From a virus, in IMG/VR virus record IMGVR_UViG_3300035145_002419, positions 11,985-75,984 of that record: a DNA stretch of 64,000 bases; one strand, 5' to 3'. The notes beneath the pieces were generated by a model. That model was not told the origin of the DNA. It worked only from the letters and a program-made list of their open reading frames with translations, and made no database searches. Both the position numbers and the translations under genes were made by a program. Below are positions 19,423 to 30,538 of this stretch, in pieces; position 1 is the stretch's first letter, and each line of letters opens with the position of its first letter.

Positions 19423-21111
19423 ATGTCCGACTTAAAAGAGTACGTCGTAACTTGTAGAAGTCGTGATGATTTAGACCAATTATATGATGATATGGAAACA
19501 CCTGGAGGAAACCTATATATTCCTGACAGGGCGGTTGATTTAGTTCATAGGAGAGCAATCAGTCGTAATACTCATTATATGCTAACTGATGCTGAAGCAG
19601 TTGATGTTGGGAATGATCCTAGAGTGCTTGCTTGTGAATTGACTGCAGAAGAACAAGGGTTTGTTCCTGATTATCTTTGGGAACAAACTGGTGATTTTGA
19701 AAAAACAACAGGTTCTTTAAATAGTGATGATAAGAACTGGGGACTTTATAGAGTTGTTGAAGGTGATACTGTAAGTAATTGGGGAAGTAACGGAACTACA
19801 GAAATATCAAACAGAACTATTAGAACAACATTGTCTGGAAAAAATGTTGACGTTGTTATTGTTGATGGACATGTAAATCCAGATCACCCTGAGTTTGCAG
19901 TCAATGTTGATGGAAGTGGTGGAAGTAGAGTTAATCAATTTAATTGGTTTCAGTATAGTTCTGCATTAGGATATTCAACTAATGCAACATATACTTACAG
20001 TACTTCCGGCGCATCTCCAAATACAAATCATGGGACACACGTTGCTGGAACTGCTTGTGGAAATACTCAAGGATGGGCAAGAGATGCCAATATTTACAAT
20101 ATGGCATTTAGCAGTTCATTATCAGGTGTGTCTACTTGGGATTATAAGTTGTGGGATTACTTAAGATATTTTCATTTGAATAAAGCAATTAATCCTAATA
20201 CTGGAAGAAGAAATCCAACTATAACTAATCATAGTTGGGGGTATAGTGGAACAAGATATTATTCCAATATAACTTCTGTAACCTATCAGGGAACAACTAC
20301 AGATTTAAGTTCCATGACATCTGCAGAAAGAAGAACTGCTTTGAATGATAGAGGATGTCCAACTAACGTATCATCTTCATATCTTTACAGAATGCCAGTG
20401 AGGGTAGCAGCTGCTGAAGCAGATATTCAAGATGCTTTAGACGAAGGAGTTATTATAATTTCTTCAGCAGGAAATAGTTATTTGAATTGTGCAATATCTA
20501 CAGATAATGATTATAATAATTCTATTGTTAACAGTGGATCGACAAATTATCATACTAGAGGATCTACTCCAGGTTCTGCGGATAATGTTATTTGTGTAGG
20601 ATCCATTGGATCAAAAACTGCAGAGTATAAATCAGGATTTAGTAACTGGGGATCTAGAGTAGATATCTGGGCACCTGGTAGTGATATCATTTCTGCCGTC
20701 TATGATCAGTCATCTGCAATTAATGAGGGATATGGTAGTGGATCAACTTTACCAGCAGACCCCAGAAACTCCAGTTATTACTTAGCATCTATCAGTGGGA
20801 CTAGTATGGCATCACCACAAGTATGTGGTGTAATAGCATGTCTTGCAGAATCAGAACAAAATATTAATCAAACGGATGCATTGAACTATTTGCAAGAAAA
20901 TTCTTTACCTGAAGTTGGTGATTATGGTAATGATCCAATAAAATCTCCATACGAAGGTCTTGGTAGTGATACTGTCAATAGATATCTTTTCTTAAAGAAA
21001 AAGAGAGATGTGACAGGATCTTTTCAAAATAACACTTACAGAAATAGGAAACCTAGTGTGTCTGGTGTTAAATACCCTAGAAGGAACACTATGGTTACAA
21101 AAACCGTTTAA
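19423..21111 (+). CDS. subtilisin-like serine protease (peptidase S8)
   Basis: Triad D148 (VVIVDG), H203 (HGTHVAGT), S461 (SGTSMASP); oxyanion SAGN; DIWAPG. Confidence 0.92.
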   Translation: MSDLKEYVVTCRSRDDLDQLYDDMETPGGNLYIPDRAVDLVHRRAISRNTHYMLTDAEAVDVGNDPRVLACELTAEEQGFVPDYLWEQTGDFEKTTGSLNSDDKNWGLYRVVEGDTVSNWGSNGTTEISNRTIRTTLSGKNVDVVIVDGHVNPDHPEFAVNVDGSGGSRVNQFNWFQYSSALGYSTNATYTYSTSGASPNTNHGTHVAGTACGNTQGWARDANIYNMAFSSSLSGVSTWDYKLWDYLRYFHLNKAINPNTGRRNPTITNHSWGYSGTRYYSNITSVTYQGTTTDLSSMTSAERRTALNDRGCPTNVSSSYLYRMPVRVAAAEADIQDALDEGVIIISSAGNSYLNCAISTDNDYNNSIVNSGSTNYHTRGSTPGSADNVICVGSIGSKTAEYKSGFSNWGSRVDIWAPGSDIISAVYDQSSAINEGYGSGSTLPADPRNSSYYLASISGTSMASPQVCGVIACLAESEQNINQTDALNYLQENSLPEVGDYGNDPIKSPYEGLGSDTVNRYLFLKKKRDVTGSFQNNTYRNRKPSVSGVKYPRRNTMVTKTV

Positions 21112-21118
21112 AACTTCT

Positions 21119-21130
21119 AATAAATAAATA
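21119..21130 (+). promoter_or_regulatory. late promoter (two overlapping AATAAATA)
   Basis: Directly upstream of gp8. Confidence 0.7.
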
Positions 21131-21144
21131 AAAACTCCCGCAAA

Positions 21145-22713
21145 ATGGCTGCAATTATAACTGATCAACTTCGTATATTGAATGCAAATAATTTTGTAGT
21201 AGGTGTTGCTTCTACAAGTAATTCATATTATTCGTTTGTTGGTCTGCCAAACCCGAAAGATTATAATACAGGTTGGAATGTAGATCCACCATCTCCTACT
21301 GATAATTTCAGTGAAGAGAACGATTATTGGGATACAATGATCGCTTTGAAAAAAATAACAAAAAATGATGTAAGGCAAGTTGTTAGAAAATCAACTTGGA
21401 CTTCAGGTATTACTTACGACATGTATCGTGACAATATTAGCGTAAATGATCCAGCATTACCATCTAATTCTGTTGATCTATATTCTGCTAATTACTATGT
21501 TTTGAATAGTGATTTCAGAGTTTACATTTGTTTGAATAATGGAACCACTCCAGAAAATCCCTCTGGAAGACCTTCTTTGGACGAACCAACCTTTACTGAT
21601 CTAGAACCAAGGGAAGCGGGAACCAGTGGTGATGGTTATATTTGGAAATATCTGTATACTATTAAACCAAGTGAACTTGTTAAATTTGATACTACTAATT
21701 ATATCCCTGTCCCCCAAAAATGGGAAACAAATAGTGAAGATGCACCAGTAAGAAATAATGCAGCAACTAGTGGTCAAATTAAAGTTGTAACAATTAAAAA
21801 TAGGGGAGTTGGTTTAGGAACTGCTAATAGAACTTATACGAGAGTTCCTATTAAAGGCGATGGATCAGGTGCTGAAGCAACAGTCATTATTAATAATGAT
21901 TCAAAAGTTGATAGTGTAACAATTTCTAGAGGTGGTTCTGGTTATACTTTTGGAACTCTTGACTTACAATCTGGAGGTGTTCCAACTGGAACCACTCCTC
22001 CAACTTTTGATATTATCATTCCACCTCAGGGTGGGCATGGTGCAGATATCTATAGGGAATTAGGTGCATATAATGTTTTATTATATTCCAGAATAGAAAA
22101 TGATTCCCAAAATCCAGATTTTATAACTGGAAATGAAATAGCAAGAGTCGGTATTGTTCAGAGTCCTGTTAATTATGATGCAAGTGGAATTTTAGAACTT
22201 GACAAAGCAAGTGCTGTTTATGCACTCAAACTTGTGGGAACTGGATACAGTTCGGTTGTGTTTAATCCAGATGGACAGATCACACAAACGATTGGTGTTG
22301 GATCAACTGCTTTTGGTAGGGTCGTTTCTTATGATCAAAATACAGGAGTATTGAAGTATTGGCAAGATAAATTCCACGTTGGATTTAATACTGATGGGTC
22401 AAGAAATGCATCTCCAGAGTATGGATTTGAAATGCATAGATTCACTTCAGACATTGGTAGTGGTGGTTCATTAACAATTGTTGGTGGATCAAGTAACTTA
22501 GGTATTCAAAGCACTTTTGGTAGTGTTAGTAACCCAGGTATAAGTACAGTAATAAATAGTAGGACATACTATTTGGGTCAACAGTTTATTAAAGGTGTGT
22601 CCCAACCAGAAGTCAAAAAGTATTCTGGAAATATAGTTTACGTTGATAATAGACCATCGATTACACGGTCATCTAATCAAAAAGAAGATATCAAAGTTAT
22701 TTTGCAATTCTAA
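21145..22713 (+). CDS. gp8: baseplate wedge subunit gp8
   Basis: MAAIITDQLRI; RVYICL; DGYIWKYLYTI; GGHGAD..ELG; SGNIVYVDNRPSITRSSNQKEDIK. Confidence 0.92.
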   Translation: MAAIITDQLRILNANNFVVGVASTSNSYYSFVGLPNPKDYNTGWNVDPPSPTDNFSEENDYWDTMIALKKITKNDVRQVVRKSTWTSGITYDMYRDNISVNDPALPSNSVDLYSANYYVLNSDFRVYICLNNGTTPENPSGRPSLDEPTFTDLEPREAGTSGDGYIWKYLYTIKPSELVKFDTTNYIPVPQKWETNSEDAPVRNNAATSGQIKVVTIKNRGVGLGTANRTYTRVPIKGDGSGAEATVIINNDSKVDSVTISRGGSGYTFGTLDLQSGGVPTGTTPPTFDIIIPPQGGHGADIYRELGAYNVLLYSRIENDSQNPDFITGNEIARVGIVQSPVNYDASGILELDKASAVYALKLVGTGYSSVVFNPDGQITQTIGVGSTAFGRVVSYDQNTGVLKYWQDKFHVGFNTDGSRNASPEYGFEMHRFTSDIGSGGSLTIVGGSSNLGIQSTFGSVSNPGISTVINSRTYYLGQQFIKGVSQPEVKKYSGNIVYVDNRPSITRSSNQKEDIKVILQF

Positions 22714-22719
22714 AGAATT

Positions 22720-25700
22720 ATGTCCCAAGAAACAAATCTCAACGTATCTCCATACTTTGATGACTATCATGAGCCTACAATTGGTGGTAAAGATAATGAA
22801 TATTATAAAGTTCTTTTCAAGCCAGGATATCCTGTTCAAGCTAGAGAATTAACTACCTTACAGTCAATTCTTCAAAATCAAGTTGAACAGGTTGGAAATC
22901 ACTTCTTCAAAGAAGGTGCGAAAGTAATTCCAGGATCACTGTCATATATTAATCCGTTTTATTATGTTCAAGTAGAAGAAAACTTTTTAGGGATACCCGT
23001 ATCTCTTTATATCAATGAATTGATCGGTAAAAAAGTTCGTGGAGAAAATTCTGGAGTAGTAGGTGTTGTTAAAAAAATATTATTAGAAACAGAATCTGAC
23101 AATGGAAATCACACAATTTATATTGATTTAATAGATTCAAATGTCAATTTAGCGAATTCATTATTTGATGATGGTGAAAATTTAGTATGTGAAGAAGCAA
23201 TTCCTTTTGGTTCAACTTTTATAGCAGCAAATGAAGGATTTGCAAGATGTATTGAAAGTGGTGCGTCTGGAGAAGGAAGTGCTTTTGGATTGGGAGAAGG
23301 TGTATATTTTCTTAGGGGATATTTTGTAGACGTAAATGAAGAAACTTTAATTTTAGATCAATATTCAAATAAACCAAGTTACAGAGTTGGTCTTGATGTA
23401 ATTGAAGAAATCATAACATCCGACATTGATCCAAATTTAAATGACAATGCAAACGGATTTAATAATTATGCTGCACCTGGGGCAGATAGATTAAAAATTA
23501 CTGCTAGGTTAGCAAAAAAAGATTTAAATTCTTTTGATACATCGGGTTTTGTTGAATTAGCAAGAGTTGAAAACGGCGTATTAGTAAAAATAAATGAATC
23601 TACGGATTATAACATTCTTTCAGATGAACTTGCCAGGAGAACTTTTGATGAGTCCGGTAATTATTATGTTAAGGCATTTGATGTATATGCAAGAGAAAGT
23701 TTAGATAATGGTGAAGGTAATGATGGAATTTACTCAGAAAATCAATTAACTTCAAGTGGAAATACACCATCAGATGATTTGATGGTATACAAAGTTTCTC
23801 CAGGAAAAGCATATGTAAGAGGATATGAGATTGAAACCATCGCACCGTCCTTTATAGATGCACCAAAATCAAGAAGCACCAAAACGTTAAAAAATCAATC
23901 TATTGGATTTAATTTTGGATCAACATTAAATCTTAATAATGTTAGTGGTTCTCCTTCAATAGGAATCAATACTTCATCTGTAATCAGTCTTAGAAATGAT
24001 AGGATTGGTATTGTTTCTACTTCACCACCAGGAAAAGAGATTGGAGTTGCTAGAGTATATGATTTCGCATTAGAAGCGGGTTCATATGAACTTGAGAATC
24101 AAGCATTAAATCGTTGGGATATTTCTTTATTTGATTTACAAACATATGCTGATCTAACAATCAACGAACCAATTACTCTTTCAGTACCTTCCAGGGTAAA
24201 GGGAAGTTCTAGTGGTGCTGTTGCTTTTGTTAAACATCCAGTATCTGCTGGTCTTGGTATAACTGTATATCAAATTAGTGGAACTTTTATCAATGGTGAA
24301 AGATTAATTTTTGATGGAACAAACGAAACAAGAATTGGAACCGCATATACCGCACATAGTCTATCTGATGTAAAATCTTTATTCAGTGTAGTTGGAACAG
24401 CAAATACATTTGCTGGAGATATTATTCAAAAAGAAGTTGCAGAACTTGGTGCAGTATCTATAACCGGTTCTTCTGCAGGAGTTTCTACTATCACTAGTGC
24501 CACACTTTCTTTCCCCGGAATTGTTACCACAGGAAATCTTTTACAATATAGTAGACCAAACTTTACTTCAAAATCTTTTGCTAAGGTTAATGAAGTATTT
24601 ACTAATTCTGTTGTAATATCCCCAGTAACTACTGTCACTGGAATATGTGATGGAACTCTTCCTGGTTCGGATATAGATGTAAGCGATTTAAAAATAGTAT
24701 CGTCGAGATTTCAAAGTAATTCTAAAACTATTTTAGATTCTGCACTTTTCCAACCATTACCAAAGAGAAATGTAGAATCTGTAGATTTAACTGGAGCAAG
24801 TTTAATTATTAGAAAGCAATATGATGTAACCATTACTGATAACTCTACAAATACAATTTCATCTGGTAAAGATGAAGTTTTCCTTGAGTTTGATGAGGAA
24901 AGATATATCCTTACAAGATCTGATGGTAGTACTGAAGAACTTTCTCAAGATAAATTTTCATTAAATTCTGGCGGCAATGAACTTACAATCAATGGTTTGG
25001 GTTCAAATACAACTGGACGTTTGATTGCAACTTTAAGGAAATCAAATGTAACTGAGAAAGTAAAAAGAAAAGAAAGAATTAATTCTTTAATTGTCAATAA
25101 ATCTAAGTATGATTATTCTGGAACAGGAACAACTACTATTAATGATGGACTAGAATATGGAAATTATCCTTTTGGAACTAGAGTTCAAGATGAAAGAATT
25201 TGTTTAAATGTTCCTGATGTTCAAACAGTTTATGGTATTTTTGAGTCTGAGGATACTTCTGATCCATCTTTAACTTCATTGACCTTAGCGTCAATGGATG
25301 GTCCCACTGCAAAAACAGATGATTTAGTTATTGGTGAAGTTTTTGTTGGTAAAAATTCTGGCGCAAAGTGCATATATGCAGAAAATATTGATAGTGCAAA
25401 TATTACACTAATAAAATTAAACTCTTTTGAATTAGAAAGAGGAGAACTTGTATCTTTTAAGGAATCTGGTGTAAATGCAATTGTATCAGCAATAACTGCT
25501 GGAAGCAAAGATATATCAAAAGATTTTGTTCTGAACAGTGGTTCTAATCTCTCATACTATGATTATGGTAGTATTAGAAGATTGGAAGATAGAAAAGAAC
25601 CTAAGGGTAAAATTAAAATTATTTACTCAAATGGGTACTACGATTCTTCGGATACTGGAGATTTTACTACTGCCAATTCATATGATGCCTTTGATTACAC

Positions 25701-28700
25701 TAGAGAAATAATCACAACACAGGGTCATAGAGCAACAGATATTATTGATGTTAGACCTAGAGTATCTGATTATGTGGTAGCAGAAGGATCAAGATCACCA
25801 TTTGAATTTGATGGAAGATCCTTCATGGGCGGAAGACATAGTTCTCCCTTCGTTTTGGCATCAGATGAATCTGAAACTGTATCTTTTAGTTACTATCTTC
25901 CTAGAATTGATAGAGTTTATCTTACGAAGGATGGCGTTCTTCAAGTAAAATATGGTGCTCCTTCTGAGACTCCACGAATGCCCGAAGAAGTGGCTGGTGC
26001 TTTAAATATTGCAAATATTTCAGTTCCTGCATATGTTTACAATACTTCTCAAGTAAAAATTAGTTTTGTTGAGCATAGAAGATATCAAATGCTTGATATT
26101 TCTAAACTTGAAAGAAGGATCAAAAATCTTGAATATTACACTTCACTTTCTGCCATTGAAAACAGCACGTCTTCAATGACAATTTTAGATAGTGTTGGAC
26201 AAAATAGATTTAAATCTGGATTCTTTATTGACAATTTTACTTCCGTAGGGTTACAAGATAACACTATAGGTATTAAAAATAGTTTTGATTTAAAGGCAGG
26301 TCAATTGAGACCATCTCATTATACTACTCCAATTTCTCTTGAATTGGGTTCATCTTCTATGTTAGGATTGACAGGAAGTTCTAATCAAACTCAGGATAAG
26401 AAATTCCTAGAAGATATAGTTGGAACTGGTGTTAAGAAGACTGGCGATGTTGTTACTCTTGATTATGAAGATGTATCTTTCCTAGAACAACCATATGCGA
26501 CCAGAGTAGAAAATGTTACTCCATTCTTAGTTCAGAATTGGAATGGAAAAATTAAGCTTCAACCAGATGTTGATGTATGGATTCAGGTCAATAAAATGGC
26601 CATTAAAGATTATCAAATGGAGGGATCTTTCCGTGGTGTTGCAGAAGCAATGCGTGCAAACATAACAGAAAGTGCAGATGGTAGTAGATCAGGTGTAAGT
26701 CCAACTATCTGGCAATCATGGGAAACTACTAATATTACCCAAGACCTTAGTATGGAACTTGGTGTTGCATTGGATAGTAGTTCTGAATCATCCGACCCAA
26801 CTGTAGTTGAAGGAACACCTGAAAGGGTATTGGGTGAATTTGTATCAGGACGAGGGATTCCATTCCAAGATTTCGCGGTTCAGGAATCATCATCAACAAT
26901 AACTACTAAAAATGAAGTTACAGTTGACGGTAGTGTAACTTTAAATACTACCTTAGAACAACGAAGAAGAGGTGAGATAAGACACATAACAGAGAATATT
27001 GACACACAAACTCTGGGTGATCGGATCATAAGTAGAGATTTGATTCACTTCATGCGTCCTAGAAACATTGAGTTTTCTTCATCTAAGATGAAACCAAATA
27101 CCCAAGTTTATGCTTTCTTTGATGATATTGATGTCAATAAATATTGTACTCCGAAGTTAATTGAAATTAGCATGACTTCTGGAACATTCCAAGTTGGTGA
27201 AACTGTTGAAGCGGAAGATGATACTTTTGCTGCTAGAGTTGCTAATTCAAATCACAAATATGGACCATATAACAATCCTGATGTAGTATATGTAAATAGT
27301 CCTTATGATAGAATTAGTGTAATTCCAGCTACATATTCTTCTACAAGTACAATTTTAAATATTGATACTTTTAGTCTTCAAGATGAAAACACGCCTAATT
27401 TTGAAGGTCACGTAAAAGTTGGTATGAAAATTCGTGGATCAAGTAGTGGTGCCCAAGCTACTGTAACAAATGTAAGACTTGTAACTGATTATCAAGGTGT
27501 TCTTATCGGATGTTTTGAAGTTCCTGATAGTAGTATATCAGGAAATCCCTCATGGGAAACTGGTAAATCTATATTCAGACTTACTAATAGTTCTATTAAT
27601 TCTAAGCTTTCTGGAGTCATCACTACTTCGGCAGAACAAATTTTCTATTCTCAAGGTGATATTGATAATACACAAGAGGCAACTCTTTCTTTAAGAAATG
27701 CAAGTGTAAGGTTTGAAGAAAGAAAGGACGAGGTTAGAAGCTTTAATTTGAGCGATACTGCTACTGCTACTGCTACTGATACTAGCACAACTGAAACAAC
27801 GGTAGTAAGTAGAATTAGGGACAACAATAGAATTCTTGATGAGGGTTTTGTTGATCCACTTGCACAATCATTTATAGTGCGAGCTGTTGATTCTAGTATA
27901 TTTGCAACTAAAGTTGATTTATTCTTTAGAACTAAAGATTCAACACTTCCAGTTCAATTTTATATCTCAGAAGTGAATTTTGGAACACCGACTACAACAA
28001 TAGTTCCATTTTCAAATATCTTCGTTTATCCTGATGATGTAAATATTTCTGAAGATGCTTCAGTCGCAACAACTATTACATTTGAATCACCTGTATATCT
28101 TGAGTCTGGTAAACAATACGCATTAGTCTTACTTTCTGATTCTACAGAATATACAGTATGGATTTCAAGACTTGGAGAATTTGATGTTAAAACCGTTACC
28201 AATGAAAGCACTCAAGTTTTAGTATCACAACAACCAACACTCGGATCACTATTTAAATCACAAAACGCTTCTACTTGGACTCCAAGTCAATATGAAGATC
28301 TTAAGTTCAATCTTTATAGAGCAAAATTTGTTTCTTCAGGATCTGCAAGTTTCTTTAATGCACCTCTTCCAGAAAAACTAAAACTTCTTAAGAGTGATCC
28401 ACTTGATATTAATTCAAGAACTGTTAAAATCGGTATTGGAACCATACTTCAAGACCCAGATCTAACAAATGGTAATGTAATTACTCAGCTTAGTTCCGGC
28501 GCTACTGGAAATTTAGTTGGGAGTGCGGGAACTTGTACCGGTGACTTAAAAATTATCAATGCTGGAATAGGATATACCCCATCTTTAGGCAATTTTACAT
28601 TTAATAATGTAAATCTGAGTAATATAGAGGGAGAGGGTAGAAACGCTACTGCAAACATTACTGTAAGCAATGGTGTTGCTATTGCTGCTACAGTTTCAAA

Positions 28701-30312
28701 TGGTGGAACTGGATATTCTGTGGGTGACTTATTAACATCTTCATCTGTAGGAATTGCATCACTTGGAAGAAATTTACGGTTGAGTGTATCACAACTTTCT
28801 GGTATAAATGAACTTACACTTAATCAAGTTCAAGGTGACTTTGTTGTTGGTTCGGGAAATACACTTACTTATGTTAATGGTTCTGGAATTTCAACCACCA
28901 TGAATAGTGCTTATTCTGGAAATGTAACAGTTACGCAACCAGTTCAAGTTGTAAATGATGGTTTACATATCAACGTATTCCAAAGAAATCATGGAATGCA
29001 TTCGGATGTAAACAAAGTTATAATTTCTGGAGCAAAATCAAGCATAAAACCATCCTTGTTAACGGATGATTATGATTCATCTTCTACTTCAGATATCTTG
29101 ATATCTAATGGAACTGAATTTGAAAATTTTGAAGGCGTAAGTGTTGGAAGCACTAATCCAGGTTATGCTATGATTTCTAATGAAATTATTAAGTATACGG
29201 GCGTTTCTGGAAATACTCTTACAGGAATAACTAGAGAAATTTCCGGAACTAAGGCATTCTCGTATTCAGTTGATGATGAAATTTACAAATATGAACTTAA
29301 TGGTGTTTCTTTGATTAGAATCAACAAGACACATTCTTTAAGCGATTCCGAAGTTTCTGATTCTATTGGATTGGATCATTACAATATAAAAATTGATACT
29401 TCTTCAACTACACCAAATACTACCGACCGTTCAACAGGAACGGGTATGCCTAAATTATTCTTTGCTGCAGATAATAAATTTGGTGGAAATAAGGTTAAAT
29501 CAACCTATAACGTTCCCTTTGATGCAGTTACACCAAATATAGGTGTAGTAACACCGAAATTGACTGGAATCAATGCATCACTTAGAACTGTAAGTGGTAG
29601 AAGTATAGATGGTAATGAGACACCTTATGAAGATCAAGGATTTGAGCAAATATCTTTAGTTACTACAAACTACTTTGATTCATCAAGAGTGGTTGCTTCT
29701 GAAGTAAATGAAAATGAAAGACTTACTGCACTTCCTGCCAATAAGTCATTCAGTATGGATATCAACATGATATCAGAAAACGATAGATTATCACCTTGTA
29801 TTGATCTTGCTAAGACAAGTATGACTCTCACATCCAATAGAATAAATCAACCTGTAATTGACTATACTGCAGATGATAGAGTCAAATCTTATAAAAATGA
29901 TCCAAATGCATTTATATATGTTTCATCTCCGATTGTGATAGAAAATCCTGCCACTGCAATTAAGTTGTTGATTTCGGGTTCTTTACATAATTCTGCTGAT
30001 ATCAGAGCATTCTATTCGTTACAAAATAATGTTGAAGAAGATCCCATCTTTACACCGTTCCCTGGTTTTGCAAATTTAGATTCTTCAGGACAAAAAATTG
30101 ATACATCTGCTAGCACAGGATCACCTGATAACGTTCCAGTAAAAAATGATTCTTTCTCTATTAGGAAAAATTATAATAGCTTTAGAGATTATAGTTTTAC
30201 CGATGATAACTTACCTGAATTTAAAATATTCCGAGTGAAACTTGTATTTACTTCAACTAATCAGGCATTCCCACCAATACTTAAAGATCTGAGAGCAATT
30301 GCTTTAGCATAA
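22720..30312 (+). CDS. large virion structural protein, VrlC/DUF4815-like (2530 aa)
   Basis: PYFDDY..YKVLFKPGYPVQARELTTLQS; APGADR; ARRTFDESGNY; DPLAQSF; GSLFKSQNASTW..EDLKF. Confidence 0.85.
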   Translation: MSQETNLNVSPYFDDYHEPTIGGKDNEYYKVLFKPGYPVQARELTTLQSILQNQVEQVGNHFFKEGAKVIPGSLSYINPFYYVQVEENFLGIPVSLYINELIGKKVRGENSGVVGVVKKILLETESDNGNHTIYIDLIDSNVNLANSLFDDGENLVCEEAIPFGSTFIAANEGFARCIESGASGEGSAFGLGEGVYFLRGYFVDVNEETLILDQYSNKPSYRVGLDVIEEIITSDIDPNLNDNANGFNNYAAPGADRLKITARLAKKDLNSFDTSGFVELARVENGVLVKINESTDYNILSDELARRTFDESGNYYVKAFDVYARESLDNGEGNDGIYSENQLTSSGNTPSDDLMVYKVSPGKAYVRGYEIETIAPSFIDAPKSRSTKTLKNQSIGFNFGSTLNLNNVSGSPSIGINTSSVISLRNDRIGIVSTSPPGKEIGVARVYDFALEAGSYELENQALNRWDISLFDLQTYADLTINEPITLSVPSRVKGSSSGAVAFVKHPVSAGLGITVYQISGTFINGERLIFDGTNETRIGTAYTAHSLSDVKSLFSVVGTANTFAGDIIQKEVAELGAVSITGSSAGVSTITSATLSFPGIVTTGNLLQYSRPNFTSKSFAKVNEVFTNSVVISPVTTVTGICDGTLPGSDIDVSDLKIVSSRFQSNSKTILDSALFQPLPKRNVESVDLTGASLIIRKQYDVTITDNSTNTISSGKDEVFLEFDEERYILTRSDGSTEELSQDKFSLNSGGNELTINGLGSNTTGRLIATLRKSNVTEKVKRKERINSLIVNKSKYDYSGTGTTTINDGLEYGNYPFGTRVQDERICLNVPDVQTVYGIFESEDTSDPSLTSLTLASMDGPTAKTDDLVIGEVFVGKNSGAKCIYAENIDSANITLIKLNSFELERGELVSFKESGVNAIVSAITAGSKDISKDFVLNSGSNLSYYDYGSIRRLEDRKEPKGKIKIIYSNGYYDSSDTGDFTTANSYDAFDYTREIITTQGHRATDIIDVRPRVSDYVVAEGSRSPFEFDGRSFMGGRHSSPFVLASDESETVSFSYYLPRIDRVYLTKDGVLQVKYGAPSETPRMPEEVAGALNIANISVPAYVYNTSQVKISFVEHRRYQMLDISKLERRIKNLEYYTSLSAIENSTSSMTILDSVGQNRFKSGFFIDNFTSVGLQDNTIGIKNSFDLKAGQLRPSHYTTPISLELGSSSMLGLTGSSNQTQDKKFLEDIVGTGVKKTGDVVTLDYEDVSFLEQPYATRVENVTPFLVQNWNGKIKLQPDVDVWIQVNKMAIKDYQMEGSFRGVAEAMRANITESADGSRSGVSPTIWQSWETTNITQDLSMELGVALDSSSESSDPTVVEGTPERVLGEFVSGRGIPFQDFAVQESSSTITTKNEVTVDGSVTLNTTLEQRRRGEIRHITENIDTQTLGDRIISRDLIHFMRPRNIEFSSSKMKPNTQVYAFFDDIDVNKYCTPKLIEISMTSGTFQVGETVEAEDDTFAARVANSNHKYGPYNNPDVVYVNSPYDRISVIPATYSSTSTILNIDTFSLQDENTPNFEGHVKVGMKIRGSSSGAQATVTNVRLVTDYQGVLIGCFEVPDSSISGNPSWETGKSIFRLTNSSINSKLSGVITTSAEQIFYSQGDIDNTQEATLSLRNASVRFEERKDEVRSFNLSDTATATATDTSTTETTVVSRIRDNNRILDEGFVDPLAQSFIVRAVDSSIFATKVDLFFRTKDSTLPVQFYISEVNFGTPTTTIVPFSNIFVYPDDVNISEDASVATTITFESPVYLESGKQYALVLLSDSTEYTVWISRLGEFDVKTVTNESTQVLVSQQPTLGSLFKSQNASTWTPSQYEDLKFNLYRAKFVSSGSASFFNAPLPEKLKLLKSDPLDINSRTVKIGIGTILQDPDLTNGNVITQLSSGATGNLVGSAGTCTGDLKIINAGIGYTPSLGNFTFNNVNLSNIEGEGRNATANITVSNGVAIAATVSNGGTGYSVGDLLTSSSVGIASLGRNLRLSVSQLSGINELTLNQVQGDFVVGSGNTLTYVNGSGISTTMNSAYSGNVTVTQPVQVVNDGLHINVFQRNHGMHSDVNKVIISGAKSSIKPSLLTDDYDSSSTSDILISNGTEFENFEGVSVGSTNPGYAMISNEIIKYTGVSGNTLTGITREISGTKAFSYSVDDEIYKYELNGVSLIRINKTHSLSDSEVSDSIGLDHYNIKIDTSSTTPNTTDRSTGTGMPKLFFAADNKFGGNKVKSTYNVPFDAVTPNIGVVTPKLTGINASLRTVSGRSIDGNETPYEDQGFEQISLVTTNYFDSSRVVASEVNENERLTALPANKSFSMDINMISENDRLSPCIDLAKTSMTLTSNRINQPVIDYTADDRVKSYKNDPNAFIYVSSPIVIENPATAIKLLISGSLHNSADIRAFYSLQNNVEEDPIFTPFPGFANLDSSGQKIDTSASTGSPDNVPVKNDSFSIRKNYNSFRDYSFTDDNLPEFKIFRVKLVFTSTNQAFPPILKDLRAIALA

Positions 30313-30313
30313 T

Positions 30314-30538
30314 ATGAATTTAATTCCAGTAGAAGGCGAAAAGGATCTCTTTAGAGATCCTAGAACAAATGCTATTATTAATACAAATCAATCTGATTAT
30401 TTGACTTATATTAATAGTAGAAAAATAAGACAAAATGAAAAAAATAAAATTGACATTTTAGAAAAAGATGTCAATTCTATCAAAAACGATTTGAACGAAA
30501 TTAAATCACTTCTTAGGAGTATTGCAAATGAACCCTGA
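30314..30538 (+). CDS. hypothetical protein with C-terminal coiled coil
   Basis: VEG..LFRD..TNAIIN followed by heptad pattern. Confidence 0.75.
   Translation: MNLIPVEGEKDLFRDPRTNAIINTNQSDYLTYINSRKIRQNEKNKIDILEKDVNSIKNDLNEIKSLLRSIANEP

Noticed and set aside
27757-27790. (ACTGCT)n microrepeat in the VrlC-like gene; similar Gly and Gly-Asn runs at ~18511 and ~34615
   Set aside because: Low-complexity coding linkers, not CRISPR or DGR-type repeats
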